A stretch of DNA of 64,000 nt from Octopus bimaculoides (Eukaryota): positions 4,548,663-4,612,662 of the forward strand of contig NC_068982.1 of the NCBI RefSeq assembly GCF_001194135.2, read 5' to 3'. Under the pieces are notes generated by a model. The model did not search any database. It saw only the letters and a program-made list of their open reading frames with translations, and was not told the DNA's origin. The position numbers and the translations under genes are program-made. This document shows, piece by piece, positions 60,337 to 64,000 of this stretch (within the stretch, counting starts at the first letter, position 1; each line of letters begins with the position of its first letter).

Positions 60337-63300
60337 TCATATTTCAGCAGAAGCAGTGTTCAAAATGTCATAATTTACCCTTTCCAGCATCAAGCAAACA
60401 ATTTTGTCTTCAATATATGCTGCCTGGAAGTCTCTGTTATCCTCTCCCTCCATCCATCTCTCTCATCCACCGCACACATACACATACGCGCGCAAACGAA
60501 CACACTCACACACTTTCATTGTCATTTACACGACAATTGATTGGTTGTTGGGGGATTAATTTCAAATATATATACTACTTTTTAAGGCACAGAACATTGC
60601 CAAAGAATTAGACTTACTGCTATGAATATTTTACTGTATATTAATTTCTCTGCATAGGGGAATTAATCTGACATCACAGTCACTTTTTATGTTGGTATTC
60701 GTTCATATCATAATGCTGCCATTGTAATATGATTTTAATTATTTAAATTCCTCCTCAGAGGAAGGAACTGGTTTCTAACAAAGATACAAAACTCCACCGC
60801 TGGAAAGTAGATAACGAAAACAATTTAACATTTTAAACTTCAGAAAAGTCTTAGATATTTTCACTGTTCCACTTACAAATTCTATTTGTAAAGTTCGAGT
60901 TGGTTGATTTTTTTTTCTGTAAACCTTCTCTTGTCCAAATTGTCTCTTAGACAAAAACTCACAGAGCCAATTACTGTCAGTATAAATGTAAATTTGTAAT
61001 CTGGATATAAAAGCTGGAGATTTCGAAGCAGATGTCTCTAGTAATCCTCTTTCTCTCTGATTTTCAAAGAGAAATTCCACATATTTTTGCAATAAACGAC
61101 AAGGCTGTACAAATGAATTGGAAGTACAATACTTTCAATGATTTCCGTCAACAGTTTCGCAAGCACACACACACACACACATATATACACAGATGATCTC
61201 ATGCTGGTGGAGTTATAAAATAAATTCAATCTCCACAATATAAGTATACAAAGAGATAAAGATTTGGCCATGATTACGGATGTTGCATCATCGTTGTAGA
61301 CAGGAACTTATTGACATATTCAACGAGCTAAGCCTGAGAGCCATTATTTAGATTTCTTGGACGTCACCATTTTATAAAATACTTTTATAAAACTTATAAC
61401 AAAACTAATATCGAATCCATGTAGAATCTTAAAGATATTAGTGAATGCCACTGATAGTAGTATCTCCAGCGACTCTTTCAGCAAAAGGGTATTTTATAGA
61501 GCAGCACACTATTGTAACAGTGGCTTAGCAAAAAGCAGTTACATAAATAAGATTAGTTATGCGTTACATCTACAAATCCCCGACATAGAATTAAACTCCG
61601 GAATACGATGTGGTTCACCCCACTTTTCCCCTTGAAAGAAATCACTAGTATAGGAAGAATATTCTTTAAATTCGTTGGTAAGCATATCTGAATCCAACAT
61701 CTGTATAAGAACATATCTATTAAAATAGCCTGAAAGTTACCTATAGTAATGCTACTAATGGCTTATTGGCAAACAAAGTATAGGCATTCACAGTTGAGGC
61801 GCGTATTCGCAGGAGTAAGAAATGATGCTCAGTGAGCCAAACATATAATTTAGATGCCCTGATGTACAAGTTAAAACTGAGGTGCATCATCATATCTGCG
61901 AGAACTGGGATGGAACTCGGAGAGGAAGATTCAAGCGACGTTATATGAACGACACATTTCATTCGGAGAAAGAGATTGGCTACGCATTATTAAAATAGAT
62001 ATGACAACATACTGCCAACAATAATGAATACGTCATTAAATGGACAATATTAGAATGAAGCACTTAAATGGAAGAGAAAAGGTTCAGCCGATCCTTAATG
62101 GAGCCAGAAGAGGAAAATACACGCGCGCGCGCACACATTCTCGAAATTCTCGGAATCTTCTTGGAATATGTCAATCTAAAATTATTTATTTTCTTGTAGA
62201 AGACCAAAAATTAAAGACGTCTTGCCTTGAACATACCAACAATTTCAGACATACTTTACGTAACCCTTTATCATTCTCTGTTTGTTAGTTTTTAAGGCAG
62301 TAAATTATAATTTCTGAGAGGCTTGTCTGGTAAATCGAGTCTATTGACAGACGATATAGTGGCCGTGTTCGTTTATTGGCTCCAATATTCGAAATTCTAT
62401 GTTGATAACCTATTCCATTATCCGGTAAATTATTTGCTTTTGATGAGCAGGTAAAGGTTTCGGCGGTGTAATGAGGTTTCAGCAAAATAACGTAAAAACA
62501 AACATCAAAAAGGATTTTCTTTTTGCGCTGTTGGTTTCCTGACTGAGATTGAACTAATAGTTAATCTATATTCAGTATGAGAAGCTAAGCTTAATATAAT
62601 GGTATGTAAATAATAATATATAGTAACATATAAATACGATGCGAATGCATTCATAAATAGATACGGTAAATGTGATTGAATGAGATTCTTTGCAATCTTG
62701 CATTCTTTTCTATGTACATACATAAAAGCATGCGTGTGTGTGCGCTTGCAAAAAGGAACCTGGATGTCAAAAATGCTTCGTAGTCATGTTTTTAAGAGTA
62801 AAATATTACAATATAATTCANNNNNNNNNNNNNNNNNNNNNNNNNNNNNNNNNNNNNNNNNNNNNNNNNNNNNNNNNNNNNNNNNNNNNNNNNNNNNNNN
62901 NNNNNNNNNNNNNNNNNNNNNNNNNNNNNNNNNNNNNNNNNNNNNNNNNNNNNNNNNNNNNNNNNNNNNNNNNNNNNNNNNNNNNNNNNNNNNNNNNNNN
63001 NNNNNNNNNNNNNNNNNNNNNNNNNNNNNNNNNNNNNNNNNNNNNNNNNNNNNNNNNNNNNNNNNNNNNNNNNNNNNNNNNNNNNNNNNNNNNNNNNNNN
63101 NNNNNNNNNNNNNNNNNNNNNNNNNNNNNNNNNNNNNNNNNNNNNNNNNNNNNNNNNNNNNNNNNNNNNNNNNNNNNNNNNNNNNNNNNNNNNNNNNNNN
63201 NNNNNNNNNNNNNNNNNNNNNNNNNNNNNNNNNNNNNNNNNNNNNNNNNNNNNNNNNNNNNNNNNNNNNNNNNNNNNNNNNNNNNNNNNNNNNNNNNNNN

Positions 63301-63445
63301 NNNNNNNNNNNNNNNNNNNNNTATATATATATATATGTGACAATTATTCGGTAGCCATGATCAAACTCCGAGTCTCGGATGTCGGGTCGGAAACCCACGC
63401 CAGCATCTCTTCAGTTATCGGGCCATCGAAAAAATGCTATAAAAA

Positions 63446-63544
63446 TGACCGTTAATAGAAAGGGAAATTACTGTGTGATTGACCGTTATTAAGACAAAAG
63501 AGCTATTAGAATGACCGTTAAGTGAGGGGAGGGAGTAACGGTAA
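63446..63544. promoter_or_regulatory. Cluster of ACCGTTA motifs (TGACCGTTA x3 plus one inverted TTACCGTTA)
   Basis: Starts at 63446, 63480, 63512; inverted copy about 63535-63544. Confidence 0.3.
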
Positions 63545-63845
63545 GGGAGTAAAAAAGTCCATAGTGTTCGCGTAAGCGCGCATGTCCATACATGCACATG
63601 CGCGCCCGCACACCCACGTACATGCGCCTATACGTATATACTCATCCACCCTCACTTGAACCACACACATGCTCACCCACACATTCGCCAAAAATATATA
63701 CATACCCGCATACACGTCGCGCGCGCACACACGCTGCATCAGGCGCACAAAAGAGGTTCATACACACGTCTATATACGCACATGCACAAGAAAAAACAGG
63801 GTTAAAGGAAAAATGTGTAAAAAAAGTGTAAAAAATAAGCAATAA

Positions 63846-64000
63846 GCGCAGGAGTGGCTGTGTGGTACGTAGCTTGCTTTCCAACCACATGGTTCTGAGT
63901 TCAGTCCCACTGTGTGGCACCTTGGGCAAGTGTCTTCTACTCTAGCCTCGAGCAGACCAAAGCCTTGAGAGTAGGTTTGGTAGACAGAAACTGAAAGAAG
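63846..64000 (+). mobile_element. SINE family A head (cut by window end)
   Basis: gcgcaggagtggctgtgtggtacgtagc...gaaactgaaagaag. Confidence 0.93.

Overview
Repeat-saturated, AT-rich animal genomic DNA from a draft assembly (13 N-gaps, about 5.6 kb, nearly all next to microsatellites). The SINE families and microsatellite load suggest an octopus (inference from remembered sequence, not a database search). No intact protein-coding gene is visible; most ORF-track entries are microsatellite, N-run or SINE artefacts. Supported content: about 30 tRNA-derived SINE copies or fragments in three families; a disrupted mariner transposase (37.3-38.35 kb); an internally deleted Helitron with its 3' CTAG end (14.27-15.44 kb); five R4/Dong-clade LINE pieces; RTE, RTE-X-like and HERO-like LINE 3' ends; pogo/Tigger-like and hAT MITEs; and a Helentron-type non-autonomous element. 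Most notable: (1) three minimal type I hammerhead-ribozyme motifs of the Penelope/retrozyme type (2.28, 5.98, 17.27 kb); (2) four Dong/R4 pieces all directly behind (AAT)n tracts in the same orientation, including a 770 bp non-autonomous derivative with both ends; (3) a decayed coding-like block at 18.8-24.9 kb with a SPRY-like and a possible glycoprotein-like relic; (4) a telomeric (CCCTAA)n patch replacing part of a SINE; (5) a possible first coding exon at 60.3 kb on the minus strand. All protein assignments are by-eye motif recognition and need HMM/BLAST confirmation. Coordinates of decayed repeats are approximate.
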